DNA of 62,809 nucleotides, the filler included. It is 3 parts of 3 records of this genome, joined end to end, with 100 filler letters (N's around TTAATTAATTAA, not from the genome) between each part and the next. Parts side by side here need not be neighbours in the genome. Positions count along the whole stretch, not along the records: positions 1 to 31,852 come from SRR20825019_1153; 2 more parts are not named here. One strand, written 5' to 3'. This document shows positions 1-10,385 of the stretch, piece after piece. Within the stretch, counting starts at the first letter, position 1; every line of letters starts with the position of its first letter. The position numbers and the translations under genes are program-made. The notes under the pieces were generated by a model, which was not told where the DNA came from, ran no database searches, and worked only from the letters and a program-made list of their open reading frames with translations.

Positions 1-863
1 CCCATCACCGGCGGCATGATCTGCCCGCCCATCGACGCAGTGGCCTCGACACCCCCGGCAAAGGCGGGCCGATAACCGAACTTCTTCATCAGGGGGATGG
101 TGAACTGACCTGTGGTCACCACGTTTGCAACGCCCGACCCCGAAATCGTCCCCATCAGTCCCGACGACACCACCGCAACCTTGGCTGCCCCGCCCTGCCG
201 CTGGCCGAACAGACCCAACGCGACATCGGTGAACAGCCGGATCATCCCGGCGCGTTCAAGAAAGGAACCGAACAGGATAAACAGGAAAATATAGGTCGAA
301 GACACATAGGTCGGGATGCCGTAGATGCCTTCGGTTCCATAAGCCATGTGGTCGATGACCTGCGAGAAATCGTAGCCGCGGTGGTTCAGCGGTGCCGGAA
401 GATATTCCCCAAACAGGCAATAGGCGAGAAACATGCCTGCGATCAGCGGCAGGGCAAAGCCCATCATCGTCCAGGCCGCGGCAAACACGACGACCAGTGC
501 CACGACACCGACGACGATATCCTGCGTCAGGGGACGCCCGGCGCGCAGGATGAGCGGCTGGTATTCCCACCACTGATACAAAGCGACAGCAACGCCGGTC
601 AGGGCAAAGGCCCAGGCCAGAGCGCGCAAGGGGGCAGACATACTGCGGCCATAGGCAATTAGGGGAAAGGCCAGCAATGTCAGGAAACCGACATGCACCG
701 CACGGGTGACCTGGCTGGACAAATCGACAAGATGCGCGGCGGTAACAATCTGAAAGACCGAGAAGATGACTGCGATCCAGAACAGCAGGCGGCCTATGGG
801 ACCTGCGCCGAATGACAACTCATGCCCCTCTTGAGGGCTGGGGGGCGAAACGGGATTGGACAT
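1..863 (-). CDS. TRAP transporter fused 4TM/12TM permease (TAXI-type), 3' end outside window
   Basis: Not in the ORF track. My translation from ATG 863 reads MSNPVSPPSPQEGHELSFG..., is hydrophobic, and reaches the window edge at VEATASMGGQIMPPVMG, a motif typical of fused TRAP permeases. Follows the TAXI receptor. Confidence 0.9.
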   Translation of the reverse strand, partial: MSNPVSPPSPQEGHELSFGAGPIGRLLFWIAVIFSVFQIVTAAHLVDLSSQVTRAVHVGFLTLLAFPLIAYGRSMSAPLRALAWAFALTGVAVALYQWWEYQPLILRAGRPLTQDIVVGVVALVVVFAAAWTMMGFALPLIAGMFLAYCLFGEYLPAPLNHRGYDFSQVIDHMAYGTEGIYGIPTYVSSTYIFLFILFGSFLERAGMIRLFTDVALGLFGQRQGGAAKVAVVSSGLMGTISGSGVANVVTTGQFTIPLMKKFGYRPAFAGGVEATASMGGQIMPPVM

Positions 864-891
864 GTGAACACCTGACAAGCGTTGGATAACC

Positions 892-923
892 GGATGGGAG
901 CTGCCAACGGGGCGCTCCCATCC
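892..923 (-). terminator. Stem-loop between TAXI receptor and permease genes
   Basis: GGATGGGAGC (892-901) / GCTCCCATCC (914-923), perfect 10-bp stem; no clear U-tract on the minus strand. Confidence 0.5.
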
Positions 924-946
924 TTGTGACGACAAACGGGCTTGGG

Positions 947-1903
947 TTACTTGAGAATGCCCATCTCGCGGTAATACCGCTCTGCACCGGGATGCAGCGG
1001 GATAGGCATACCGTCCAGTGCCTTCGTCATGTCAATCTGCGCCGCAGCTTTGTGCGCAGAGACCAGCGTATCAAGGTTTTCGAACAACTGTTTGGTCATC
1101 TGATATGCCAGTTCGTCACTGACATCTTCGTGGGTGACAAGAAAGTTCGAAACAGCAACGGTCGGCACGTCTTCGGTTTGGCCATCATAGGTGCCGGCGG
1201 GTATTGTGGCCGCGACATAGGGCGCGCCCAGTTTTTCAGCCACCTCGGCAGGGATCGCGACAACATTGATTGGCAGTGAAGATGCCAGATCGCGGATCGA
1301 CGCCACCCCAAGGCCTGCAGATTGCAAGGTTCCGTCCAATTGGCGGTTCTTGATCAGCTCGACTGATTCAGCGAAGGGCAGGTATTCAACCTTGCCAAGA
1401 TCCTCATAGGACATCCCCATGGCACCAAAGATCGCCCGCGCGTTCAGTTCTGTACCGGATGCAGGCGCGCCCACAGACAGGCTTTTGCCTGCCAGGCCGC
1501 TGAATTCGGTAATGCCGCTGTCTGTGGCAGCTACGATCTGAATGTAGTTGGGATAGATCGCGGCGATGCCGCGCAGCTTGTCCAGCTTTTCGGGAAAGCC
1601 CGCATCGGCGTTGCCTTCCCAGGCCATCGCAACACTGTCGCCAAGCGCAAAGCCCAGTTCACCACGGCCGCTTTGCAGTAGGTTCAGGTTCTCGACGCTG
1701 GCCTTTGTGGACTGCACCTGTGTGCGTGCACCTTCGATCTTTTCGCCGTAGATATTGGCCAGACCTGCACCCAGCGGGTAATAAACGCCCGAGGTGCCCC
1801 CGGTCAGCACGTTGATGAAATCTTGGGCCTGTGCCGCGAAAGGCACCGTGGCCAATGTCGACACCAGCGCACAACCGCGAAGTGCGGATTTGAGATTGAT
1901 CAT
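947..1903 (-). CDS. TAXI-family TRAP solute-binding protein
   Basis: Signal peptide, TGGTSGVYYPLG, ASVENLNLL, C-terminal PLHPGAERYY. Confidence 0.93.
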   Translation of the reverse strand: MINLKSALRGCALVSTLATVPFAAQAQDFINVLTGGTSGVYYPLGAGLANIYGEKIEGARTQVQSTKASVENLNLLQSGRGELGFALGDSVAMAWEGNADAGFPEKLDKLRGIAAIYPNYIQIVAATDSGITEFSGLAGKSLSVGAPASGTELNARAIFGAMGMSYEDLGKVEYLPFAESVELIKNRQLDGTLQSAGLGVASIRDLASSLPINVVAIPAEVAEKLGAPYVAATIPAGTYDGQTEDVPTVAVSNFLVTHEDVSDELAYQMTKQLFENLDTLVSAHKAAAQIDMTKALDGMPIPLHPGAERYYREMGILK

Positions 1904-2147
1904 GATTTTTCCTCCCAGAAAAGTTCTGCGGTCCGACGGACCAATGTAGGCAATAGTGGGATTTGCCGCGCCTGGCTGGCAAGATTATGCTCGCAAACAC
2001 ACCGATAATATCTGGCAGTAAATGACCAAGAGGCTGGCCAGAAATGGCCAGCGTGTGAACGGGCAGGCAAATGGGATTTTCCAACGATCGCGCTTTGCAT
2101 GAGCGTGACGGGCGAAGTCAAAGGGAGGAAACTGTGACGACGTCTGT

Positions 2148-3635
2148 TCAGAGACGTTTCTGAGAAATCAGGTCACGAAGGTCCTTTTTCATGACCTTTC
2201 CCATGGAGTTTCGAGGCAAGTTGTCGATTGTGACGATCTCTTTGGGTAGTTTGTACTTTGCCAGAGACTGGGCCAGCACATTTTTCAACGCAACCGGATC
2301 AACCGCACCTTTGGTGGTTTCAACGACAATTGCGATCACGCGCTCGCCGAAATCGGGATCGGGCAGGCCGATCACCGCGCTTTCGTCCACCTCGGGTTGC
2401 GCGTCTATGACCGTTTCAATTTCTTTGGGATAGATGTTCAGGCCGCCCGAAATAATCAGGTCTTTTGAACGTCCCACAATGGTGACGTATCCGTCGGCGT
2501 CGATCTCACCCAGATCACCGGTTCGGAAATAACCGTCTGTCGTGAACGCGTCGGCGGTTTTCTCCTTTAGCCCCCAATATCCCTTGAACACATTCGGGCC
2601 CTTGACCTGAATCTCTCCCGCCGCGCCCGGATCAGCATGGTCAATGCGCAGATCCACATCGGGCAAAGCCATGCCAACGGTTCCCGGTTTCCGAACCCCG
2701 GTTAGCGGGTTCGATGTGTTCATCGAGGTTTCGGTCAATCCGTATCTTTCGAGAATTCGGTGACCAGTGCGGTTCTCAAACGCCTGATGTGTATGCGCAA
2801 GCAAAGGTGCGCTGCCCGAGATGAACAGACGCATGTTCCGGCTTGCCTCAGGTGTGAATGCAGGCGACGCCAGCAGACGTGTGTAGAACGTGGGAACGCC
2901 CATCATCACGGTGCAATCGGGCAAGGCAGAAATTACACGATCGGGGTCGAATTTTGGCAAGTAGACCATGCGCGCACCGGCCAGAAGGCTGACATTACAG
3001 GCCACAAACAGCCCGTGGCTGTGATAGACGGGCAGCGCATGCATCAAGGTGTCCGCTTCGGTCATCCCCCACAGATCGACAAGGGCTGCCGCGTTCGACA
3101 AAAGGTTGTCGTGGCTCAGCATTGCCCCCTTGGGGCGACCGGTCGTGCCCGAAGTATACAGGATCGCGGCCAGATCATCACCGGTGCGCTCTGCCTTGAC
3201 CGGCAGTGCGCGGGTCTGTTCGGATTGCCAGCTTCCTGTACCATCTGCGGCCATCGTCACCAAACGCGCCGACATCCGTGCCACGATACTTTCAAGATCC
3301 GTTGCCCGCGCGGGATCGCAAAACAGAACCGATGCCCCACAATCCTGAATGAAGAAAGCGACTTCCTGATTGGTATAGGAGGTGTTGAGGGGCAGGAAAA
3401 CCGCGCCCACGTGCAGACAGGCCGCATAAAGCGCAAGTGCAGTTGGCGATTTTTCCACCTGTGCGGCGACACGATCACCCGCTTTGACGCCAATGGCGGC
3501 AAGGGCTGCAACAAGACTGGCGACGGTGCCCGCAAAGTCCTGATGCGACAGGGTTGTGCCCTCAGGCAGGTGCAGAAACGCGGTGCTGGATGCTGCGTGC
3601 GGTTCAAAGATGGCGTCGTAAAGGTGGTTCGCCAT
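2148..3635 (-). CDS. matB: Malonyl-CoA synthetase-like acyl-CoA ligase
   Basis: Start re-set to MANHLYDAIF; YTSGTTGRPKG, HALPVYHSHGLFV, ERYGLTET, FRTGD, PRNSMGKV. Confidence 0.8.
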   Translation of the reverse strand: MANHLYDAIFEPHAASSTAFLHLPEGTTLSHQDFAGTVASLVAALAAIGVKAGDRVAAQVEKSPTALALYAACLHVGAVFLPLNTSYTNQEVAFFIQDCGASVLFCDPARATDLESIVARMSARLVTMAADGTGSWQSEQTRALPVKAERTGDDLAAILYTSGTTGRPKGAMLSHDNLLSNAAALVDLWGMTEADTLMHALPVYHSHGLFVACNVSLLAGARMVYLPKFDPDRVISALPDCTVMMGVPTFYTRLLASPAFTPEASRNMRLFISGSAPLLAHTHQAFENRTGHRILERYGLTETSMNTSNPLTGVRKPGTVGMALPDVDLRIDHADPGAAGEIQVKGPNVFKGYWGLKEKTADAFTTDGYFRTGDLGEIDADGYVTIVGRSKDLIISGGLNIYPKEIETVIDAQPEVDESAVIGLPDPDFGERVIAIVVETTKGAVDPVALKNVLAQSLAKYKLPKEIVTIDNLPRNSMGKVMKKDLRDLISQKRL

Positions 3636-3639
3636 GTCT

Positions 3640-4461
3640 TTACCGGCCTTTGAACACGGGTTTGCGCTTTTGCGCGAAGGCGGCTCGGCCTTCGGCATAA
3701 TCATCGCTTTGAAAGCAGGCCGATACCGCTGCGTCGATATCATCCAAGCCCGCCGGGGCGGTCTGTTCCAGCGCACCGCGAATGGCCATTTTGACGGCCT
3801 TCATGGTCAACGGGGCATTCTGTGCGATTGTGCGAAGATAGCTTTCGGCGGCATCGTCGAACCCTTCAACCGGCAGGATTTCATTGATCAACCCCATGCG
3901 CTGCGCCTCTTGCGCGTTGTATTGTTTGGCGGAATAGAAAATCTCGGCTGCATTTGCGGGACCGACAACATCGACCAATGTCTTGACCCCGGCGTAGCGA
4001 TAGCCAAGCCCCAGCTTTGCAGCAGGGACGGCAAAGCGGGTGTCTTCCGCCGCGATCCGCAAATCACAGCCCAAGGCGGTGCCCAGGCCGCCGCCGACGC
4101 ACCAGGTGCGTATGACGGCGACAGTGGGCTTTAAAAGCCCCGCGATCGCAGCACCTGCTTCCTTGCCTGCCGCGTCGTAGGTTGCCACCTGCTCGGGCGT
4201 GTTGCGTTTTTCTGCGAATTCACTGATGTCGGCGCCCGAGATGAACGAAGACGTGCCTTCACCGCGCAATGCGACGACCCGCACGTTGGCGTCTTGTTCG
4301 AACTGTTTGATGATGCCCGGAATCTGCAGCCACATGTTATAAGTCACCGCATTGCGGCGACGTGGATTGGAAAAAACCATCCAGCCGATGCCGTCCTTTA
4401 CGTGTGATTGGACCTGCGGCGTGTATCCGTCTGCTTCGGCGATGGGTTCGACGGGTGTCAT
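3640..4461 (-). CDS. Crotonase/enoyl-CoA hydratase-fold protein
   Basis: FISGADISEF, CVGGGLG, PAAKLGLGY, C-terminal EGRAAFAQKRKPVFKGR. Confidence 0.9.
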   Translation of the reverse strand: MTPVEPIAEADGYTPQVQSHVKDGIGWMVFSNPRRRNAVTYNMWLQIPGIIKQFEQDANVRVVALRGEGTSSFISGADISEFAEKRNTPEQVATYDAAGKEAGAAIAGLLKPTVAVIRTWCVGGGLGTALGCDLRIAAEDTRFAVPAAKLGLGYRYAGVKTLVDVVGPANAAEIFYSAKQYNAQEAQRMGLINEILPVEGFDDAAESYLRTIAQNAPLTMKAVKMAIRGALEQTAPAGLDDIDAAVSACFQSDDYAEGRAAFAQKRKPVFKGR

Positions 4462-5636
4462 ACGACTTTCCTTTCTTTCAGCGCAGCGACTTCGTCGGTC
4501 GACAGGCCAAGTTCCTGCAATATCGCGTCGCTGTGCTGGCCTGCGTCCGGCGTTGCGGAATGCATGACAGGTGTTGCACCGGACAGAACGATCGGTTGGC
4601 CCAGCACGCGCTGGGTTCCTCGCTGGGGATGCTCTACTTCAACCACCAGACCAAGTGCAGCAACTTGCGGATCGGCGAAAACGGCATCAATCTTGTTGAT
4701 CGGCCCACATGGAATCCCCGTCGCTATCAGGGCGTCGGTCAAATCGGCACTGGTGCGGGTGCGGGTGATGTCGAACAGCAGCGCGTTCAGTTCGTCCCGA
4801 TGCTGAAATCGCAGGCGCGCCGTGGCAAAGCGGGCATCGTCGGCCAGGTCTGTCCGGTCGATGACGGTGCAAAAATCCTGCCACATCCGGTTTCCCGTAA
4901 CGGCGATGTTCATACTGCCATCGGATGTGGGATAGACGCCCATCGGCACCGCAGTGGGATGGTTGTTGCCCGCCTGCTCGGGGACCACGCCGTCGATCAG
5001 CCAGCGCGCGGCCTGAAAATCCAGCATCGCCACCTGTGCCTGAAGCAGGCTGGACTGTACCCATTGTCCGACACCCGTGCGTTCGCGGTCGAGCAAAGCC
5101 ATGAGAATGCCAGTGGCGCAGAACATACCTGCGGTCAGGTCCGCGACGGGAATGCCCACGCGCACTGGGCCTTGCCCCGGCAAGCCTGTGACGGACATCA
5201 ACCCGCCCATACCCTGCGCGACCTGATCAAAGCCTGGGCGCTCCGCATAGGGACCGGTCTGGCCAAAGCCGGAGATCGACCCCAGCACCAGCTTCGGGTT
5301 GCGGGCGTGAAGGCTGTCCCAGTCCAGTCCCAGACGCTTTTTCACACCAGGACGGAAATTTTCGACCAGTACATCGGACTTGTCGACAAGGCGCATCAGG
5401 ATGTCGCGCCCGTCGGCGCTTTTGAGGTCCAGCGTCAGGCTGCGTTTATTGCGGTGCAGGTTCTGAAAATCCGAACTGTCGCGATCTGCATAGCCACTGG
5501 CGTCGTCCGGCGGTTCGATCTTGATGACATCCGCCCCCCAGTCGGCAAACTGTTTAACGCAAGTTGGGCCGGACCGGATACGGGTCAGGTCAAGAACGCG
5601 GAATCTGTCAAGAGGTCCGATCAGATGATTGGTCAT
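4458..5636 (-). CDS. Family III CoA-transferase (CaiB/BaiF)
   Basis: RVLDLT..SGP, GADVIKIEPP, RNKRSLTLDLK, ENFRPG, PVAD. Confidence 0.93.
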   Translation of the reverse strand: MTNHLIGPLDRFRVLDLTRIRSGPTCVKQFADWGADVIKIEPPDDASGYADRDSSDFQNLHRNKRSLTLDLKSADGRDILMRLVDKSDVLVENFRPGVKKRLGLDWDSLHARNPKLVLGSISGFGQTGPYAERPGFDQVAQGMGGLMSVTGLPGQGPVRVGIPVADLTAGMFCATGILMALLDRERTGVGQWVQSSLLQAQVAMLDFQAARWLIDGVVPEQAGNNHPTAVPMGVYPTSDGSMNIAVTGNRMWQDFCTVIDRTDLADDARFATARLRFQHRDELNALLFDITRTRTSADLTDALIATGIPCGPINKIDAVFADPQVAALGLVVEVEHPQRGTQRVLGQPIVLSGATPVMHSATPDAGQHSDAILQELGLSTDEVAALKERKVV

Positions 5637-6706
5637 TATGCACCCTCCACCGGAATGATCCGGCTTTCCTGAATCGAGATCCAGACTGGTGCGTCCATGT
5701 CAAAAACCTGTTCGGCTGGTGCCGCCGCACGCAGGCTCATGGTGCGGCCTTCCAGCGCCAGCCCGTAATCCCAGCGTTCCCCCAGAAAGATCCGCTCGTC
5801 GATGCGCGCCGGAAGGTGCAGCACGCCCTCAGCCCGCTCGGGTTTGTCGTTGCCCCGCAAGCTGAGTTTCAGGTTTTGAGGTCGGACAGAGGCAAGCACG
5901 CCGCCCGACCTGACTTCGGCTGACGGTACGGAGAACCCCTCGAAGTGCATTTCGCCCGCCTTGGCATGGCCTTCGATCAGATTGGTGCGGCCGATAAACT
6001 CGGCTGCGAACCGTGTGCGAGGGCGTGCATACAGACGATAAGGCTCGTCGATCTGCTCGATGCGCCCCGCCTTGATGACGGCGACACGGTCCGAAATGGC
6101 CATCGCCTCTGATTGGTCATGGGTTACGTAGACGGTTGTGATGCCAAACTCGACGTGCATCCGTTTGATCTCGGTGCGCATTTCCTCGCGCAGGTTCGCG
6201 TCGAGGTTCGAAAGCGGTTCGTCCAGGAGCATCACCTTGGGCTGCACTGCAACCGCACGGGCCAACGCCACGCGTTGTTGCTGTCCGCCCGACAATTCGG
6301 AAGGATAGCGTTCGGCCAGATGGTCAAGCTGCACGACGCCAAGGATTTCCCCGACCCGTTTCTTGATCTGGTCCGCAGGCAGTTTTTTCATGCGCAGGCC
6401 AAATCCGACGTTCTGGGCCACTGTCATGTTGGGCCAGATCGCGTAGCTTTGAAAAATCATCGACATGTCACGGTTTTCAGGGGCGACGACGCCCTTGGGC
6501 GACGAAATTTCGCGGCCGTCCAGTTCGATGCGTCCTTGGGTCGGGGTGATGAACCCGGCGATCATGCGCAGCGTCGTGGTCTTGCCGCAGCCTGAAGGTC
6601 CCAACAAAGACAGGAACTCTCCGTCTGCGAGTGTCAGCGAGATATTATCTGCCGCACGGAACCCGCCGTAATCCTTAACCAGCCCGTCCAGTATCAATTT
6701 GGTCAT
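5636..6706 (-). CDS. ABC transporter ATP-binding protein (PotA/FbpC-like)
   Basis: GPSGCGKT, LSGGQQQR, LLDEP, VTHDQ; C-terminal TOBE-like extension. Confidence 0.95.
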   Translation of the reverse strand: MTKLILDGLVKDYGGFRAADNISLTLADGEFLSLLGPSGCGKTTTLRMIAGFITPTQGRIELDGREISSPKGVVAPENRDMSMIFQSYAIWPNMTVAQNVGFGLRMKKLPADQIKKRVGEILGVVQLDHLAERYPSELSGGQQQRVALARAVAVQPKVMLLDEPLSNLDANLREEMRTEIKRMHVEFGITTVYVTHDQSEAMAISDRVAVIKAGRIEQIDEPYRLYARPRTRFAAEFIGRTNLIEGHAKAGEMHFEGFSVPSAEVRSGGVLASVRPQNLKLSLRGNDKPERAEGVLHLPARIDERIFLGERWDYGLALEGRTMSLRAAAPAEQVFDMDAPVWISIQESRIIPVEGA

Positions 6707-6707
6707 T

Positions 6708-8426
6708 TCAGTTCCTTCTCAGCATGAAGTCGCGTCCAAGCAAACGCATGCCGATTGCGACGACGGTGGAGGTGACGACAAGCAGCACCACGCCCATGGC
6801 GGCCAATGTTTCGTAATCACCCTGTTCGCTCATATCGAGCGTCAGGATCGATATGACCCGGTTTTGATGACTGGTCAGGAACATCGCGGTCGACAGTTCG
6901 CGAGAGCAGATCACGAACACCAGAATCCAGACGCCCATCAAGGATTTCTTGAGCACCGGAGCAACCACTTCGACCATGGCGCGCATGCGCGATCCTCCAT
7001 GAATCCGAACCGCTTCTTCCAGTTCGGGGTTCAGGCTGCGGATACCTGATGCGCAGGACACAAAGGCGATGGGTAAAAAGCGGGTGATAAACGCAAGGAT
7101 GATGATCAGGCTGGAGCCGTAGAGCGAAAAGGGTGGGCCTGCGAAGGCTGCATAGAAACAGATCGCCAATACGATCCCCGGCACCGCCACGGGTGCGACT
7201 GCCAGAAAGGCCAGCGCGGACGAATAGGGGATCAGCTTTCGGATCACCACATAGGCTGTCAGGAATCCAAGGATGGTACAGGCCGTGGCCGATGCCAGCG
7301 CAAAGTAAACGGTGTTGAACATCGCTTCGCGCACTGTGGCCTGCTCGAACAGGATGGCCCGGTAATTGTCCAGCGTCAGGTTCGACAGAACTGGCGCCTT
7401 GGCCCAGGCGATCTGGAAGGACGTGGATACCAGGATGCCTGCGGGCAAGATGACAGCAAGCAAAGTCACAGCCACCCCATGCGCAAGGAACAACCATTTC
7501 CAACGTCCCACGCGCATTGCGGTGCGCGCACCGCCCTTGCCGCTGACAGCCACGTGGCCGCCGCGCAAAAGCAGCCGTTGGGCGCCCAGCAAGACGACCG
7601 TTATCAGAACCAAAGGAACAGAGAACGCCATCGCCAGCTCGATTTTCGCGGGATATTCGAAAAAGGTGGTAAGCTGCGTGGTGGCCACGTTGAACCTTGC
7701 GGGGATCGCAATCAGCGCAGGCGTTCCATAAAGGGCAATTGTCTCAAGAAACACCAGCATGATCGCCCCCAGGATCGCCGGTAGCGCGAGGGGCAAGGTG
7801 ATGATCCAGGTCGTCCGCATTGGTCCGGCGCCATGGATCGCGGCGGCTTCCTCCATCTCGGACGAGATGAGATCGAGCGCGGAAGTGGCAAAAATGAAAA
7901 TCAGAGGAAAGACATTCAGGGCGATGACAAAGGCCAGCCCCCAAAGGCTGAAGATATTCACCAACGGGTCTTCGATGCCGGTCAGTGACGTCCATATCTG
8001 GTTGATCCAGCCCGCGTTGGGGCCGGCCAGCAGGATCCACCCGATTGCGCCCAGAAACGGCGGCATGATGAACGCACCCAACGTGCCGAAGTAGAATAAC
8101 GACCGGCCCGGAATGTCGGTGCGGGACACGACCCACGCCATAGGCAAAGCCATTGCCACCGACATAATCACGGTAACGACGGCCAGTTGGACGGTGTGCC
8201 AATAGGCAAGTAGATAGCGGCTGCGACGTGCCACATCGAAAAAGTTTGCGACAGTGAAGCTACCCGTTTTCGGGTCGCTGAAGCTTTCTATAAGCAGACG
8301 GGACATCGGGTAGACAACCAGTCCGACCAGAATGGCCGTCAACAGTCCGAAAACCACCAGAGACCAGTCGAATTTTGGTCTGCGCGCCAAGGGGCGCAGA
8401 CCATCAACATTTGCGATATCCGTCAC
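6708..8426 (-). CDS. ABC transporter fused double permease (FbpB-like)
   Basis: Two EAA motifs (EEAAAIHGA, EEAVRIHGG); many hydrophobic segments. Confidence 0.92.
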   Translation of the reverse strand: MTDIANVDGLRPLARRPKFDWSLVVFGLLTAILVGLVVYPMSRLLIESFSDPKTGSFTVANFFDVARRSRYLLAYWHTVQLAVVTVIMSVAMALPMAWVVSRTDIPGRSLFYFGTLGAFIMPPFLGAIGWILLAGPNAGWINQIWTSLTGIEDPLVNIFSLWGLAFVIALNVFPLIFIFATSALDLISSEMEEAAAIHGAGPMRTTWIITLPLALPAILGAIMLVFLETIALYGTPALIAIPARFNVATTQLTTFFEYPAKIELAMAFSVPLVLITVVLLGAQRLLLRGGHVAVSGKGGARTAMRVGRWKWLFLAHGVAVTLLAVILPAGILVSTSFQIAWAKAPVLSNLTLDNYRAILFEQATVREAMFNTVYFALASATACTILGFLTAYVVIRKLIPYSSALAFLAVAPVAVPGIVLAICFYAAFAGPPFSLYGSSLIIILAFITRFLPIAFVSCASGIRSLNPELEEAVRIHGGSRMRAMVEVVAPVLKKSLMGVWILVFVICSRELSTAMFLTSHQNRVISILTLDMSEQGDYETLAAMGVVLLVVTSTVVAIGMRLLGRDFMLRRN

Positions 8427-8428
8427 AG

Positions 8429-9466
8429 TCAGATTCCGAACGTGTCACGGAATTTTTCAGCAAGCACGGGAATGTCGTTTACAATCTGATCAGGCGTTGC
8501 CGTGATAACCTTGATCTCGTCCAGTGCGGGGACACCCGGTTGCAGCGCAATGCCTGCTCTGATCGGCGTGCCGAACTGTTCTGCGATGACTTCATTGAAT
8601 TCGGCACCCAAGAGGAATTCCGAGAACAACTTAGCAGCGTTGGGGTGGGGCGCATTTGCCAGAATGCCGCTTGGGGACGTGATGATAACTGTCCCATCGG
8701 TCGGATAGACGTTGGCGATGGGGTTGCCTTTGGACGCAGCGGCCAACGACGACGCTGCAGGACCCGCGCCAACGATGGTTTCGCCCGAGACTGTTGTGGT
8801 GACCACATCAATCGAAGATCGGCCGATGTAAGGGTTCTGGTCCAACATTTTTTCAAAGAACTCGTATCCATAGAGTTCTTCCATCTTCACGCCCCAGATG
8901 CCGACGTACCCGGAAAATCCGGGATGACCGATGGCAACCTTGTCTTTCCACTTGGGGTCCAGCAGATCCGGCCAGTTCTTCGGAGCATCTTCTTCGGCCA
9001 CTTCATCGGTGTTGTAGACGATGCACATCGGACCCGCAGTCGTGACGTGGAACATATCGTCCGCGTCCAGGTTCTGAAATTCGGGAATGACTTCCATCTT
9101 GCGCACCGGCGCATAAGCCATCAACAGGTCACGTGATTTCAGGTCAATTGCGTGCGCAATGCTGGACGTGGTCAGGACGTCGCAATTGGCAACGCCGGAA
9201 TCGATGTCCTGGTTCAGCCGCTGGAACGCCACGCCTGCAGTCGAGCGCACGACGTTGACTTTTATGCCGGGGAACAACTCGGTGAATTTCTGGCCGACTA
9301 TCTCGGCGCTTTCCGAAGCCAGCGGCACCACGTACCAGGTGATCTCTCCTTCGGGCTTGGCGGCCTCGTATAGTGCTTGAATAGCGTCCTGCGCCATTGC
9401 CAGCCGTGGTGCCAGCGCAGATGCGGCAAGTCCGGTGACCACAAAGGTTCTTCTGTTAATCGACAT
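8429..9466 (-). CDS. ABC transporter solute-binding protein with Tat signal
   Basis: Start MSINRRTFVV (twin-Arg) after GGGAGG RBS; IVYNT, PKNWPDLLDPKWK, APHPNAAKLF. Confidence 0.9.
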   Translation of the reverse strand: MSINRRTFVVTGLAASALAPRLAMAQDAIQALYEAAKPEGEITWYVVPLASESAEIVGQKFTELFPGIKVNVVRSTAGVAFQRLNQDIDSGVANCDVLTTSSIAHAIDLKSRDLLMAYAPVRKMEVIPEFQNLDADDMFHVTTAGPMCIVYNTDEVAEEDAPKNWPDLLDPKWKDKVAIGHPGFSGYVGIWGVKMEELYGYEFFEKMLDQNPYIGRSSIDVVTTTVSGETIVGAGPAASSLAAASKGNPIANVYPTDGTVIITSPSGILANAPHPNAAKLFSEFLLGAEFNEVIAEQFGTPIRAGIALQPGVPALDEIKVITATPDQIVNDIPVLAEKFRDTFGI

Positions 9467-9582
9467 CGTATTCCTCCCAGAATTGTTGATGTGAAACGCG
9501 GTCCCTGCCAAAGGGCGTTGCGACCGTGACACGTCTTGAAATCGTCTTGCCGGGCAAAAGAGCGTTGTCGATTGACCGGATC

Positions 9583-10251
9583 TTAGTCGGTGTTCTCGCT
9601 CTCCTTTTTGTGGGTCATGGTCGCAACAAGGTCCGCATAGACCCTGCCGCCCGATAGAATGTGATCACGCATCGCGGCCTGTGCTTCTTCGGGGTCACCC
9701 TTCTCGATGGCTTTGACGACGTTGCCATGCTCGACCCATGACCGTTCAACACGAGACCGTTGGTACAGGCTGGACGTGTGATAGTACGCAAGGCGGCTGC
9801 GGGTCTGCCGGATCAGGTCCGCGATGTAAGTGTTGCGCGCGCCTTTGTAGATAAGGCCGTGAAACCGTCCGTTACATTCGATGTAACTTTTGCTGTCGTG
9901 GCTGTGTGCTGCGGCTTCACTTTCGGCGTGAACCGCGATCAATGCTTCCAACTCTTCTTGCCGGATGCGCTGGGCGGCCAGTGCGGCAGCTTCTGACTCC
10001 AGGCAGGCGAGAGTTTCCAGCATCGCAACGGCTTCGTCTGCGCTCAGCTCGCTGACAACGGCGCCGTGACGCGGCCGCATCTGCACAAGACCCGTTGCGG
10101 CCAGTTGCATGATGGCTTCGCGCGCAGGTGTGCGGGACACCTGAAATCTTTCAGAGAGCATTTTTTCGTCGATCAGGTCACCAGGGCGTAGCTTCCCACG
10201 GCTGATCTCCTTTTCGATTAGTCCTCTGACGGTATCGCTGGCACGTGCCAT
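9583..10251 (-). CDS. GntR-family (FCD) transcriptional regulator
   Basis: LRPGDLIDE..VSRTPAREA HTH; FCD-type N..FH...EH...H residues. Confidence 0.93.
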   Translation of the reverse strand: MARASDTVRGLIEKEISRGKLRPGDLIDEKMLSERFQVSRTPAREAIMQLAATGLVQMRPRHGAVVSELSADEAVAMLETLACLESEAAALAAQRIRQEELEALIAVHAESEAAAHSHDSKSYIECNGRFHGLIYKGARNTYIADLIRQTRSRLAYYHTSSLYQRSRVERSWVEHGNVVKAIEKGDPEEAQAAMRDHILSGGRVYADLVATMTHKKESENTD

Positions 10252-10270
10252 AAGATTCTCTCCTTGGCTT

Positions 10271-10340
10271 TAATGTATACGTAGATTATCTGTCCGTATG
10301 CAATATAAAACTTTACGCGTACGTACTTACATTATATTAC
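10271..10340. promoter_or_regulatory. Divergent promoter region with candidate GntR site (GTATAC core)
   Basis: AT-rich intergenic region; GTATAC at 10275-10280 and again at 10405-10410 inside the start of the divergent gene. Confidence 0.4.
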
Positions 10341-10385
10341 AACGGAACTTTCGCCCGATTCAATATCTTGCATAGGAATAACCTC